DNA of 64,000 nucleotides from Dehalococcoidia bacterium. Lineage in GTDB: Bacteria; Chloroflexota; Dehalococcoidia; Bin125. The stretch covers positions 160,001 to 224,000 of the forward strand of contig CAXXNO010000004.1 of NCBI GenBank assembly GCA_963663235.2, read 5' to 3'. Shown here piece by piece: positions 8,727 through 18,115 of the stretch; positions within the stretch are counted from its first letter, which is position 1; each line of letters begins with the position of its first letter. The notes beneath the pieces are model-generated. The model did not search any database, was not told the origin of the DNA, and worked only from the letters and a program-made list of their open reading frames with translations. The position numbers and the translations under genes are program-made.

Positions 8727-9326
8727 CTAGGCGGGCTTGCGAGCCAAGAGGTGGGCGAGGGGGCGTTCGGCGTCGGACGGGTCTTCGCGGAAGAGGATGG
8801 GGTCGAGGGTGGGGAAGAGGGCAGGGAGCTCGCCGCGGTTGAGCACGTACTCCTTGTGGACGGGGGGCGGGCCGGTTCCGCCTTCGACCATGGTGACGAA
8901 GAGCAGCAGGCCGCCGGGGGCGAGGACGGCCTCGATCTGGGGGGCGAGGTTGCGCTGGAGGTAGAGGGTGTTGACGACGAGGTCGTAGGGGCCGCGGAGG
9001 AGGGGCGCCTGCTCGAGGTCGCGGCAGAGGGTGGCAATAGGCAGGCGCTCTTTGCGGGCGCGGGCGGCGATGTGGTCGCAGGCGACCTGCGAGGCGTCGA
9101 TGGCGAGGAGGGCGAGGCCGCGGCGGGCGAGCCAGAAGGCGTTGCGGCCGAGGCCGGCGGCGATGGCGAGGGCGGCGCCGGTGGCGGGGAGTTGGTCGGC
9201 GACTTCGAGGAGGAAGGGGTGGGGGGCGTCGTCGGGGGGGCCTTGGGCCAGGGCGGCGCGGTGGCGGGCGTCCCAGTCGGGGGAGGGGGGCGACGGTTCA
9301 TCGCCAGCGGGGCAGTCGCGCGCCAT
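8727..9326 (-). CDS. Class I SAM-dependent methyltransferase (TehB-like)
   Basis: ALAIAAGLGRNAFWLARRG...AIDAS...YDLVVNTLYLQR...LAPGGLLLF. Confidence 0.8.
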   Translation of the reverse strand: MARDCPAGDEPSPPSPDWDARHRAALAQGPPDDAPHPFLLEVADQLPATGAALAIAAGLGRNAFWLARRGLALLAIDASQVACDHIAARARKERLPIATLCRDLEQAPLLRGPYDLVVNTLYLQRNLAPQIEAVLAPGGLLLFVTMVEGGTGPPPVHKEYVLNRGELPALFPTLDPILFREDPSDAERPLAHLLARKPA

Positions 9327-9340
9327 CCAGAAGAGCCGTG

Positions 9341-10159
9341 CTAGCCGCTTGGCGCGGGTTGTTCGATGACGGCGAAGTCGGACTGGTCGAGGTCACTGAG
9401 CTCGCCCTTGCGGTAGGCGTCGTAGAGGTGGAAGAGCTCGGTCTTGTGGGGGCGCTTGCGGCCGAGGGGGCAGGCCTGCCAGGCGTCGTAGTCCTCGTCG
9501 CAGTAGCCCATGCGCAGCTCGCCACACTTGGGCTGGAGGTAGCGGCCGAGCTCGGGGACAGCGCGGACGACCTCGGCGCGCATGAGGGCGGCGACCTTGC
9601 GGAACTCCCATTGGGCGCGGGTGCAGAGTCGCTGGTCGCAGATGTGGAGGAGCTCGAGGAAGTTCACGCTGATCTTGAAGTTGGTGTTAGTGGCGTTGGG
9701 GAGGACGAAGCGGGCGTCCTCGGTGGGGACGCCGGCCTCGACCATGCGGCGGTAGAGGTCGCCGGTGGAGCCGAAGTGCTCGCGCATCTCGTCGGCGAAG
9801 CCGGCGCCGTCGACGGTGGCGGGGACGGTGAAGGGGAAGGTGCCGTCCTTGTAGGTGACGTAGCGCTGGCTCTGCTGCTCGAAGGAGATGCCGATGCGGT
9901 GGCGGACGAACTGGTGGCTGAAGGCGCGGGAGACGCCGCTGATGCCGAACTCGAACCAGACCTGCTCGAGAGGCGAGGAATGGCCGGTCTTGAGTCGCTC
10001 GGCGACGAACTCCTGCATCTTCTGGGGCGCGATGCGCTCATCCGCGACGCGCTCCAGCACCTGCTGGGGCGTGAGCGTCGAGTAGCAGACGCGGTAGGCC
10101 ATGTAGAGAGCGCGGATGGGATCCTTGGTGTGTTCGATCAGCGTGACTTGAATCGGCAC
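9341..10159 (-). CDS. thyX: FAD-dependent thymidylate synthase
   Basis: GHSSPLE, SRAFSHQFVRHRIGISFEQQSQRY (RHR-x-S motif), EDARFVLPNA, AQWEFR. Confidence 0.95.
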   Translation of the reverse strand: MPIQVTLIEHTKDPIRALYMAYRVCYSTLTPQQVLERVADERIAPQKMQEFVAERLKTGHSSPLEQVWFEFGISGVSRAFSHQFVRHRIGISFEQQSQRYVTYKDGTFPFTVPATVDGAGFADEMREHFGSTGDLYRRMVEAGVPTEDARFVLPNATNTNFKISVNFLELLHICDQRLCTRAQWEFRKVAALMRAEVVRAVPELGRYLQPKCGELRMGYCDEDYDAWQACPLGRKRPHKTELFHLYDAYRKGELSDLDQSDFAVIEQPAPSG

Positions 10160-10252
10160 CGACGGCTCTCCCTACCGACCAGGCGAGAGTAGCACTGGGT
10201 CGACGCCCGGGCTCCCGGACGGAGCGGATGGTTCACGAGTTACGTGGCCCGG

Positions 10253-11386
10253 TTAGCGGGAGTCGAAGTCGCGGTAGGGGTCGATGTCGCCGCGGCGGCG
10301 GCGGCGGAACCATCGGAGCCAGCGACGCCGGCGGGGGCGGGGGAGCGAACCGGGGCGGGTGATGGCACGCGAGCGGATATCGATGACGACGCCGGTGCGG
10401 CGACTGGTCTCTTCCAGGCTCTCGACGTCGGAGACGGCGAGGTCGGTGCGGGGGCGGTTGCGGGGCCGGAAGAAGCGGCCCGCGCCGGGGGGCAGGTTCC
10501 AGGTGGGGCCCACGGCCGTGGCGGGCGCGCGCCAGCGGCCGATGAGCATGGGGTACAAGAGGAGCATCCCCGCCGCGAAGCCGCCGAGGTGCGCGAACCA
10601 GGCGGTCCCGCCGCTGCCGACGCTGTCGGAAGCGAAGGAGCCGATGCCGTTGACCAGGTTGATGAGGAACCAGAAGCCGATCATCAAGGGCGCGGGGACG
10701 ACGAGGGGGATGAGGAAGACGATGGGGATGAGCACCTGCACCATGGCGCGGGGGAAGAGCAAGAGGTAGGCGCCGAGCACGGCGGAGATGGCGCCGCTGG
10801 CGCCGATGACGGGAACCAAGTCGCTGGTGTCGAAGAAGATGTGGGCCGCGGTGGCGAGGTAGCCGCCCAGTCCATAGAAGAGCGCGAAGCGGACATGGCC
10901 GATGCGGTCCTCGACGTTATCGCCGAAGACCCAGAGGAAAAGCATATTGCCGATGAGGTGGATCCAGCCGCCGTGAAGGAACATGGCGGTGAGGGGGGTG
11001 AGCAGCAGCAGGAAGCCGTCGAGGAGGTTGATCCCCCGCCCCTCAACGGGGACCAACCGGCCTAGCTCGTTCGGCAGGAAGCGGCTGCTCTCGACGACGT
11101 CGTGCGAAGTGTCGTCGCCATCGAGGTAGCCGGTGACGAACTCGGGGACCGCGCCGTAACGGAGGACGAACTCGTCGCGATCGGAAATCCGGTAAGGCAC
11201 GACCGAGGGTACCGAGGTGGATTCCTGGCCGCGCGCCGCGAATTCGGAGTCAGGAATTTGGACAAAGGCGCTGGGCTGCGTGTCCAGAGTGAGCATGAAG
11301 AGGAAGACGAGGACGTTGATGGCGATGAGCGCGCGGGTGACGTAGGGCGTGGTGGCCCGAAACTGCGTGTCATGAATGGGGATCAT
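10253..11386 (-). CDS. Rhomboid family intramembrane serine protease
   Basis: MIPIHD start, MFLHGGWIHLIGNMLFLWVFGDNVEDRIG, GASGAI, AWFAHLGGF. Confidence 0.92.
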   Translation of the reverse strand: MIPIHDTQFRATTPYVTRALIAINVLVFLFMLTLDTQPSAFVQIPDSEFAARGQESTSVPSVVPYRISDRDEFVLRYGAVPEFVTGYLDGDDTSHDVVESSRFLPNELGRLVPVEGRGINLLDGFLLLLTPLTAMFLHGGWIHLIGNMLFLWVFGDNVEDRIGHVRFALFYGLGGYLATAAHIFFDTSDLVPVIGASGAISAVLGAYLLLFPRAMVQVLIPIVFLIPLVVPAPLMIGFWFLINLVNGIGSFASDSVGSGGTAWFAHLGGFAAGMLLLYPMLIGRWRAPATAVGPTWNLPPGAGRFFRPRNRPRTDLAVSDVESLEETSRRTGVVIDIRSRAITRPGSLPRPRRRRWLRWFRRRRRGDIDPYRDFDSR

Positions 11387-11439
11387 GAATCGAGAAGCGC
11401 TCCGGGGATCATCGTAGCCGACGGGGACGTTGGGGCAGG

Positions 11440-11500
11440 GGCCCTTCGACACGCTCCCCTCGACTCGCCTTCGACAGGCTCAGGGCAGGCAGGACGAACG
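11440..11500. repeat. Nested CTTCGAC...CTCAGG REP-like element between genes
   Basis: CCCTTCGACACGCTC...CCTTCGACAGGCTCAGGGCAGG...AGGACGAACGG. Confidence 0.65.
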
Positions 11501-11534
11501 GGGGGCATCAGGCGAAGGGGCGGTGCGTCGCCTC

Positions 11535-13192
11535 CTATGGATCGATGACGAAGAAGCTGGCCAGGATGCGGTCCAAGGCCTCCACGTCCGCCTCCGTCAC
11601 CAGCTGGATCTGCACGCTGATGATGAAGGAGCGGTCCTGGGGCACGGCGGCCAGAGAGATGTAGACAACCTCCTCCCCGCCGCAGCCCTCGAACTGGTCG
11701 AAGAAGCCGGTGTAGGCCGGGTCATCATAGGGAAAACGCCCGAGGTAGTTGCAGGAGGAGAAGTTGAACTGCGTCTGGGCAAAGTCCAGGAGCGCGTTCT
11801 CATCGAACCGCTGTGTGAGGATCTGGGAGGCGGCGAAGAACACGCCCGGCTCGGTCCACGTGCCGAAGAACGCGCCGCGGTTCCCGGCGGCGGAGATCGA
11901 GGGGCCAACGCTGTCTCCGTCCACCATCCAAGCGGTGCCGTCGACGTCGGCCCATTCGATGGGGATCTCCACCACGAGGAGGCCGGTCTCGTCCTCGACC
12001 CGGACGAAGCCGGAGTAGCGGGCGGCGGCGGGCGCCGGCTCGAACTCTTCTTGGAGCTCGGCGGCGAAGGAGAACGATTCCGCCAGTTGCTCGCCGGCGT
12101 TGAGGCGGCCCTCCAGGACCTGGCCGGTGTCAGAGCGGAGCACCTCGACGGAGAGCACGGCACCCGGGCCCTGCGTGCGGAGGATCTGGCAGTAGTCGGA
12201 CATGGTGCCGTCGGTGGCGAGGAGGAGGCCCTCCATGCGGGTGATGATGTCGCCGGACTGGATGCCGAGGTCGTCGGCGGGCGATCCGGAGGCGACGGAG
12301 GCGACCCAGATGCCGCTGAAGTCGGGACCCAGGATGGCCTGGCCGTTCACGCCGATGGAGGTGACGTCCTCGTCGGCGATGAGGCGGTCCAGGATGCGCT
12401 GCGCTTCATCGGCGCGGATGGCGAAGGACTGGCCCTCGAAGCTGCCGGCGTAGTTGATGCCGACGACGCGGCCGTCCTCGGTGACGAGCGGGCCGCCGGA
12501 GTTGCCGCCGAGCAGCGTGGCGTCATGCTCCAGCACGAAGTCGACGGAGGCCCAGACGCTCTCGCCGTCGGCGTCGGCCTTGGAGACGATACCGCCGGTG
12601 AGAGTGTATTCGGGGTCGCCCAAGGGGTAGCCGGCCGCGAAGGTTTGCAGGCCGGGGGTGGTATCACCCTGGTACCACTGCAGGAAGGGGTGGCCGTCGC
12701 CTTCGATCTGGATGACGGCGAGGTCGGAGCACTCGGAGACGCCGAGGATGCGGGCGTTGCGCGGGCGGTCATCGTCGCTGAAGAAGACCTCCAGCAGGGC
12801 GGCGCCGGTGACCACGTGGTTGTTGGTCACGGCCAAGCCGGAGGGGTCGATGATGAAGCCGGTGCCGCTGCCGGCCACGTTGAGGAGCTCGCCGAACTCG
12901 GGATCGCGGAAGGTGCCTTGCGCGACGATGCGGACGACGGCCTGCTCCACGTCCGCCACTGCGCCGATTGCGCCCGCGGGCAGGATTTCCGGTTCGGGCT
13001 CGGCCTGGATCGTCGGTTCCCGCTCGGCTCGCGGCTCCGGCTCAGCCTGCTCTGTGACGGTGGGCCGCGGCGCTTCTTCTTCCTCTTCGGCTTTGTCGCC
13101 GCCGCCGCCGCAAGCCACCAGCAGGAGCGAGAGCATCGCGAGCAAGCCCGCAAGCACGAGCAGGCTCTTTTCGGGTCACGCAACCATCGCAT
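11535..13192 (-). CDS. HtrA-like trypsin protease + PDZ lipoprotein (probable 1-nt frameshift in signal peptide)
   Basis: Lipobox LLVAC; GSGTGFII, TNNHVV, SDLAVI, GGNSGGPL; GGAGG RBS precedes ATG 13192, which joins the main frame if the A4 run (13168-13171) gains one base. Confidence 0.88.
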
Positions 13193-13340
13193 CTCAGATT
13201 CCTCCCGATATCCCGGTATCCGACGATACCGCGCGAAGACTAGCAGAGCCGCATCGCAGGCGAATCAGGCGCACTCCGTAGAGATCGAAACTCGTGCCGC
13301 CTGCGAGCGAACCGATACGCGCGGGCGGCCGCGGAGCCGA

Positions 13341-13955
13341 TCAGGGGGTGTCGAGGTGGGAGGTGTCGTTGAGGAGGACGAGCACCGGCGTCTCGCCGAA
13401 GTGGTCGATGCGGGTCAAGCCGACGTTGGCGATCTTGAGCCGCCAACTGGCGCTGTAGGGCAGGTCGAGCAGGGCGGCGACCAGCGCCTGGGCGGCGTTG
13501 CCGTGGGTGACGAGCAAGGTGGAGCGATCGACCTGATCCGACACGACCTCGGAGTAGACCGCGAGCATCCGGAGCCGCAGCTCCGCAAGGGACTCCCCGC
13601 CCGGGGGGCGGAAGTCGGCGGTGGGATTGAGCAGGGCCTGCCACTGATCCTGATGGCGGTTCTTGACAACCTCGCCGGTGAGGCCCTCCCATTCGCCGTA
13701 GTGCATCTCGCGCAGGCGGGCATCGCAGCGCAGCGGCAGATCGCGGCCGGCGACGACGGCCTCGGCCGTCTCCCGCGAGCGCGCCAGGTCCGAGGAGATG
13801 ATCGAGTCGAGCGTGACGCTGGACAGCCGACTGGCGAGAGCGCGCGCCTGGCGGCGCCCGAGGTCCGTGAGCGGCGGGTCCGCGGCCCCAGCGAAGACGC
13901 CGTCGCGGTTTGATTCGCTCTCGGCGTGGCGGACGACATAGACCGTGGTCGTCAC
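13341..13955 (-). CDS. Histidine phosphatase (CobC/alpha-ribazole phosphatase-like)
   Basis: VVRHAES, SSDLARSRETA, LREMHYGEWEG, LVTHG; adjacent to cobD-like gene. Confidence 0.85.
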   Translation of the reverse strand: MTTTVYVVRHAESESNRDGVFAGAADPPLTDLGRRQARALASRLSSVTLDSIISSDLARSRETAEAVVAGRDLPLRCDARLREMHYGEWEGLTGEVVKNRHQDQWQALLNPTADFRPPGGESLAELRLRMLAVYSEVVSDQVDRSTLLVTHGNAAQALVAALLDLPYSASWRLKIANVGLTRIDHFGETPVLVLLNDTSHLDTP

Positions 13956-13962
13956 AGCGGTG

Positions 13963-14874
13963 TCAGCGGCCGCGGCGGGCGCGGGGACGCGCGATCGCCA
14001 GCCCGACGATCGTGAGAGCGACCAGCGCGGCCCCCAGCAGCGCGACGCCGCCGTGGATGCGTCGTGCGCGGGCGACGTCGTCCTGGGTAGCAGGAGGCGC
14101 AGCGGCCTGCAGCGGTGCGCCATCCTCGCCGACGAGCGCAACGTTCAGGGCCGCCGCCATGACGGCGCTGCCGGACGGAACGGGCCGCCGGCGAAACGCC
14201 CAATCGGTGAAAGAGGCGGCCAGCCCCGGCCAGACCCGACGCGAGCGCCCGCCCCCAAGCGGCGCGGCGATCGCGACCAGAACGGCTTGCAGATAGGCGG
14301 CCTGCGTCCGCAGCTGCTCCCCTCTCCAGGCCGCGGCTCGCGCGAGGAAGCGGAGCCAGCCCGGCGCCGGCGAGTGCTCCAGCCAGGCCGCCAGGCGGTA
14401 CGTCATCGCGCCGGGCAAGCCGAAGAGCGCGTAGGCGAACCAGGGCGCTAGGTATGCGTCGGCGGGGCGCTGGGCCAGCTCCGTGATGGTGCGGGAAGCG
14501 ACGGCAGCGGCGTCGAGATCGGGAAGGGGGGCGCCGGCGAGCGACTCCAGCGGCGCGCGGGCGGCGGCCACATCGCCGGCTTGGAGGGAGCGCTGCACGC
14601 GGGCCGCGAGCCGGTCCAGGCGGAAAAGATCGAAGGTCGAAGCGAGGAGCACCGACTCAATGGCCACAGCGGCGACACCGGGACGCCGTCCCAGCCGTGA
14701 GAGGAGCGGGGCCGAGACGCCGAGGAGCAGCAAGGGCCGGACCAGGACGCCGCCGCCCCACTCGAGCGCCCAGCCGAGCCAGAACGGCGAGAGGCGCCCC
14801 GGGGGATCGCCGAGGGCGCGCCGCACGGCCAGCGCGCAGAGGAAGACGCCGATGCGGCGCGCCGGCCGTCGCAC
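13963..14874 (-). CDS. CobD/CbiB-like membrane protein (divergent)
   Basis: ALGDPP, DVAAARAPL, YLAPWFAYALFGLPGAMTYR, AVMAAALNVAL, DDVARARRI. Confidence 0.65.
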   Translation of the reverse strand: MRRPARRIGVFLCALAVRRALGDPPGRLSPFWLGWALEWGGGVLVRPLLLLGVSAPLLSRLGRRPGVAAVAIESVLLASTFDLFRLDRLAARVQRSLQAGDVAAARAPLESLAGAPLPDLDAAAVASRTITELAQRPADAYLAPWFAYALFGLPGAMTYRLAAWLEHSPAPGWLRFLARAAAWRGEQLRTQAAYLQAVLVAIAAPLGGGRSRRVWPGLAASFTDWAFRRRPVPSGSAVMAAALNVALVGEDGAPLQAAAPPATQDDVARARRIHGGVALLGAALVALTIVGLAIARPRARRGR

Positions 14875-14875
14875 G

Positions 14876-15034
14876 TCAGGCCGCCGGGCCGGGACAGTTG
14901 AAGGAGGCGGAGGCGTCGACTGGCCAGAGCGCGCCATCACGGACGGCGAGGCCCTGGAGGACGGGGGCCTCTTCGAAGCGGAAGGCGAGGCCCTCGAGGG
15001 CCAGCGCCGCGGGCGGGGCGGGTTGCACATCCAT
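14876..15034 (-). pseudogene. 52-aa remnant resembling an ABC ATPase N-terminus
   Basis: MDVQPAPPAALALEGLAFRFEEAPVLQGL... ends before any Walker A motif. Confidence 0.35.
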
Positions 15035-15584
15035 GCGGGGTTGAGTCTACGTCGTGATGGGGTGTGGGGCGGCGCTCAACAAGCCCGCGCGGCGCCGGAG
15101 GAAGCCGAGCGCCCCGGTGGGCGCGGGCGGGCCGACGGCGGCAGACAGCCGCCCGCGCGGGTCTGGACGGGACCCGCGCCGGCAGCGCAGCAGAGGGAGC
15201 CGAGGAGAATCAATGCGTTAGGAGCTCGGGCGCATCTTGGAGGCTCTGAGCGCCGCTTCGATCCGGCGGACGCAGATGCGCCCGGAGATCACGTCCTCCT
15301 CGCGGCGTCGCGAGCCGTTCACGGCGTGGATCACGTCCCGCAGCGGACTTAGTGGCGCCTGGAGGATCGGCATCGTCTTGACACACTTCATGTCCCTTAG
15401 AGGGTTCAGCGAGTCCGACGTGACGGCCATGGGGCCGAACTTTTCGCGATTGGCCAGCGGAGATCGCGGATCGTCAGGGCGTGCCGCGGGTGAAAGGCGG
15501 CGCGAAGCGACGGAAGTCGCGTTAAGAGGCCGTAAATTGCGGCACAAACGAGGCTTGAGGAGCGTTATTGGGGGAGAACGCGGG

Positions 15585-15629
15585 TTGACAGCCGACCGCG
15601 GCGGCGCGCAGAATGTGCGAGAATTCACA
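15585..15629 (+). promoter_or_regulatory. Sigma70 promoter with overlapping CRP/FNR-like site
   Basis: TTGACA(15585)-N18-CAGAAT(15609); TGTGC-N6-TCACA at 15614-15629. Confidence 0.6.
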
Positions 15630-15777
15630 AGTGATGGCGGCGGCACATTGTCAAGAGCGGGCTCCAGAGAAGGGAGCCGCCCGTCGGCCCGAGGGGGCCG
15701 CAGCCTCACCGGCGGCGGCTCGCCAGAGCGGGCGGAAGCGGCAGTTCCCTGGAGGACTGAGAAGGAGGCACCCCACC

Positions 15778-15987
15778 ATGGCCGTCACGACCCAGATTCG
15801 ATGTCCTCGCTGCACCGGCGCAATGCTGGCCGAATCCGACGCCCACGGGCAGTTCGGCACCTGCATCGCGTGCGGCTACGTGCACGAGAGCAAGGTCATC
15901 TCGGTCTTCGAGTTGGAGGAAGAGCAGGCGGTGGTGGAGGGTCGGCAGCGTCGTCGCCAGCCGTCGCACGGTAAGTTGCGCCTCTAG
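15778..15987 (+). CDS. Small Zn-ribbon protein (69 aa)
   Basis: AAGGAGG RBS; CPRC...CIAC; basic C-terminus RQRRRQPSHGKLRL. Confidence 0.75.
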   Translation: MAVTTQIRCPRCTGAMLAESDAHGQFGTCIACGYVHESKVISVFELEEEQAVVEGRQRRRQPSHGKLRL

Positions 15988-16262
15988 GCTCGGTCCATCG
16001 CCTAGGCTAGTCCCCGCGTTTTCCCGGCCGCCCCGCGCCGGCGGGCCTCTCGTGAGACATCCCGCCTGGTGCCGGGCGTAACCGAATTCACACCCGATCT
16101 CCCAGCGGCAAATACATCTGGTCCTGCCCCTCTAGGGCGTGCCGCGGCGGCGCGTAGGTCTATCCCCGATGCCGACCGGCCCCTAGGTGAAGAGAATGCC
16201 CCCATCAAGCGCGGCGAGAGCGGAGCCGCCCGCAGGGCTCCCGGGGGGAGAGCGAACGGACC

Positions 16263-16463
16263 ATGACGCGATCATGCCGGCACTACTGGCTCCTGGCACA
16301 GCCCGACGGCGCGATGGTCGCCGGGCAGTGCAAGCGCTGCCGGCGAGAGCGGGCGTTTCCCGCCCATCTCGAGGAGACCGAGCGCAGCAACGACTACCAG
16401 GACCTCCAGCGCGAGCCTTCGGCGCCCCGGGCCGAGCCGTGGCGGGCGGGCGTCGCCGCCTAA
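16263..16463 (+). CDS. Small CxH...CxxC Zn-finger protein (66 aa)
   Basis: CRHYWLLAQPDG...GQCKRCRRERAF; GGA-rich upstream sequence. Confidence 0.7.
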   Translation: MTRSCRHYWLLAQPDGAMVAGQCKRCRRERAFPAHLEETERSNDYQDLQREPSAPRAEPWRAGVAA

Positions 16464-16612
16464 TCGCGGGGGGATCCCGTCGAACCGGCACGGAGATTGT
16501 ATCCAGCGGGGCTCACCGCTAGAGTAAGGCCCCTTTTCCGGCGTGCGGCGATGAGCCGATACGCCGTGCAGCAGCGACGATCGTCAGGACGGCGCAGCGG
16601 AGGAGGATTGGG

Positions 16613-17368
16613 TTGGAAGCGAAAGTGAAAACGGACAAAGACAGCAACGCGATCCGCAGGGTGCGTCCGAGGATTCGGGTGCTGATCGTGGATGATCACT
16701 CGGTCCTGCGGCAGGCGTTGCGCCTGCTGCTGCAAAGCCACGACGACTTGGACGTGCTGGGCGAGGTGGCCAATGGGCGCGAGGCGGTGGCGGCGGCGGA
16801 GAAGCTGCAGCCGGACGTGGTGCTGATGGACGTGGTCATGCCGGGGCTCAACGGCCTGGACGCGACGCGGCAGATCCGCAAACGCTGCCCGCGGATCCGC
16901 GTCCTGATGCTGTCCGGCTACGAAGAGGATGAGCAGATCATCGAAGCGCTGCGGGCAGGCGCGAGTGGGTACCTGATCAAGGAATCGGACATTAGCGAGC
17001 TGCTGCTGGCGATCCAGTCGGTGGCGCGGGGCAACACCTACTTCTCGGCGTCGTTCTCGGAGCGGGGCGGCGGGGGCGACTTTCTGCTGCGCGCGCGGGG
17101 GAACGATTCCGAGGTGGGGTTTGACCGGCTCACCGACCGGGAACGCGAAGTGCTGCAACTGATCGCCGAAGGGCATTCCAACCGATCGATCGCCGAGGAG
17201 CTGGTGATCAGCGTGAAGACCGTGGAGGCGCACAAGGCGCACATCATGAGCAAGCTGGGCGCCCGCAATCGCACGGATTTGATCCGCTACGCGATCCGGC
17301 GGGGGATCATCGGACTGGAGCCGATGCCGAACCTGCACGCGGATGAATCGCGGGAAGCGAGCGCGTGA
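16613..17368 (+). CDS. NarL/LuxR family response regulator (DegU-like)
   Basis: VLIVDDH, DVVLMDVVMPGLNG, LTDREREVLQLIAEGHSNRSIAEELVISVKTVEAHK. Confidence 0.95.
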   Translation: MEAKVKTDKDSNAIRRVRPRIRVLIVDDHSVLRQALRLLLQSHDDLDVLGEVANGREAVAAAEKLQPDVVLMDVVMPGLNGLDATRQIRKRCPRIRVLMLSGYEEDEQIIEALRAGASGYLIKESDISELLLAIQSVARGNTYFSASFSERGGGGDFLLRARGNDSEVGFDRLTDREREVLQLIAEGHSNRSIAEELVISVKTVEAHKAHIMSKLGARNRTDLIRYAIRRGIIGLEPMPNLHADESREASA

Positions 17369-17604
17369 GCGCGGCCGAGGCGGCCAGCGACGGGGGCAGT
17401 GACGGTGCCATGCCGGCGGCGGAGAGCGCGCAGTTGCTCCTGCCCCGCCTGGAACGTCTGGTGGCGTTGCGCAGCCTCCACGCCGAGCACCTGAACGACG
17501 AGGGCCGACGCTTGATCCAGCGTGCGATCTTCTCGACGTACGTCGATTGTCGCGAGCTGGGGCTGGCCGATGACGCGCGCGCGCTGATCAGCGAGCGCTC
17601 CTAA
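17365..17604 (+). CDS. Small helical hypothetical protein coupled to the regulator
   Basis: GTGA overlap with regulator stop; LNDEGRRLIQRAIFSTYVDCRELGL. Confidence 0.65.
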   Translation: MSAAEAASDGGSDGAMPAAESAQLLLPRLERLVALRSLHAEHLNDEGRRLIQRAIFSTYVDCRELGLADDARALISERS

Positions 17605-17696
17605 CCCCAGCCGCCCGTCGCTCTCTCCCCAGCGGTCCATTCCGGCCGTCCCTGTCGCCGTCCTCGCACGTCCCTGTCGCCGTCCCTGTCGCTGTC

Positions 17697-17743
17697 CGTG
17701 CACGTCCCGACGCCCGGCTCTGCCGGGCGTCGGGACGTGCACG
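17697..17743. repeat. Perfect 22-bp inverted repeat (hairpin)
   Basis: CGTGCACGTCCCGACGCCCGGC-TCT-GCCGGGCGTCGGGACGTGCACG. Confidence 0.85.
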
Positions 17744-17875
17744 TGAGGGGCGCCGGGCGGATCAGATCGGGAAAGGGTGTGGTGCGTTTCGGGAGGCGCG
17801 CCGCACGGCCTAGGGGCTCTCCCACTACTGAGCGCCAGAGCGCCTGCGCATACTGCTGAGAGGCTGGAGGTGCGG

Positions 17876-18112
17876 GTGATCGCGCTGACGAAACTGGACG
17901 GCGCCACTGTGTACGTCAACCCGGACCTCATGCAGTACATCGAGGCGCACCCGGACACGCGCATCACGTTGATCACAGGGACCCGCCTGATTGTGCGAGA
18001 GGACCCGCCCACGATCGTGGAGCGCTTGATCAAATACCGGCGGGCGGTGGCGGTGGAAGGCAACGCGGCGCGGGCGATGCTCGGGCGCGTGGCGGCCGTA
18101 GGGAAACCCTAA
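17876..18112 (+). CDS. swrD: FlbD/SwrD family flagellar protein
   Basis: IALTKLDG...VNPDLMQYIEAHPDTRITLITG..LIVRE; directly before motA. Confidence 0.88.
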   Translation: MIALTKLDGATVYVNPDLMQYIEAHPDTRITLITGTRLIVREDPPTIVERLIKYRRAVAVEGNAARAMLGRVAAVGKP

Positions 18113-18115
18113 ACG

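Noticed and set aside
11430-13913. 827-aa plus-strand ORF
   Set aside because: Antisense shadow of the protease and phosphatase genes; typical of high-GC codon bias, no motifs
15040-15580. Possible cobalamin riboswitch upstream of the cobD-like gene
   Set aside because: Could not find the conserved AGGGAA...GGTG.AA.TCC...GCCCCC and B12-box elements on the minus strand; an Infernal/Rfam scan would settle it
15419-15789. 14-nt inverted match CCATGGCCGTCACG flanking the promoter, as a possible invertible switch
   Set aside because: Short and GC-rich, no recombinase nearby, and the minus-strand MAVT ORF has no support
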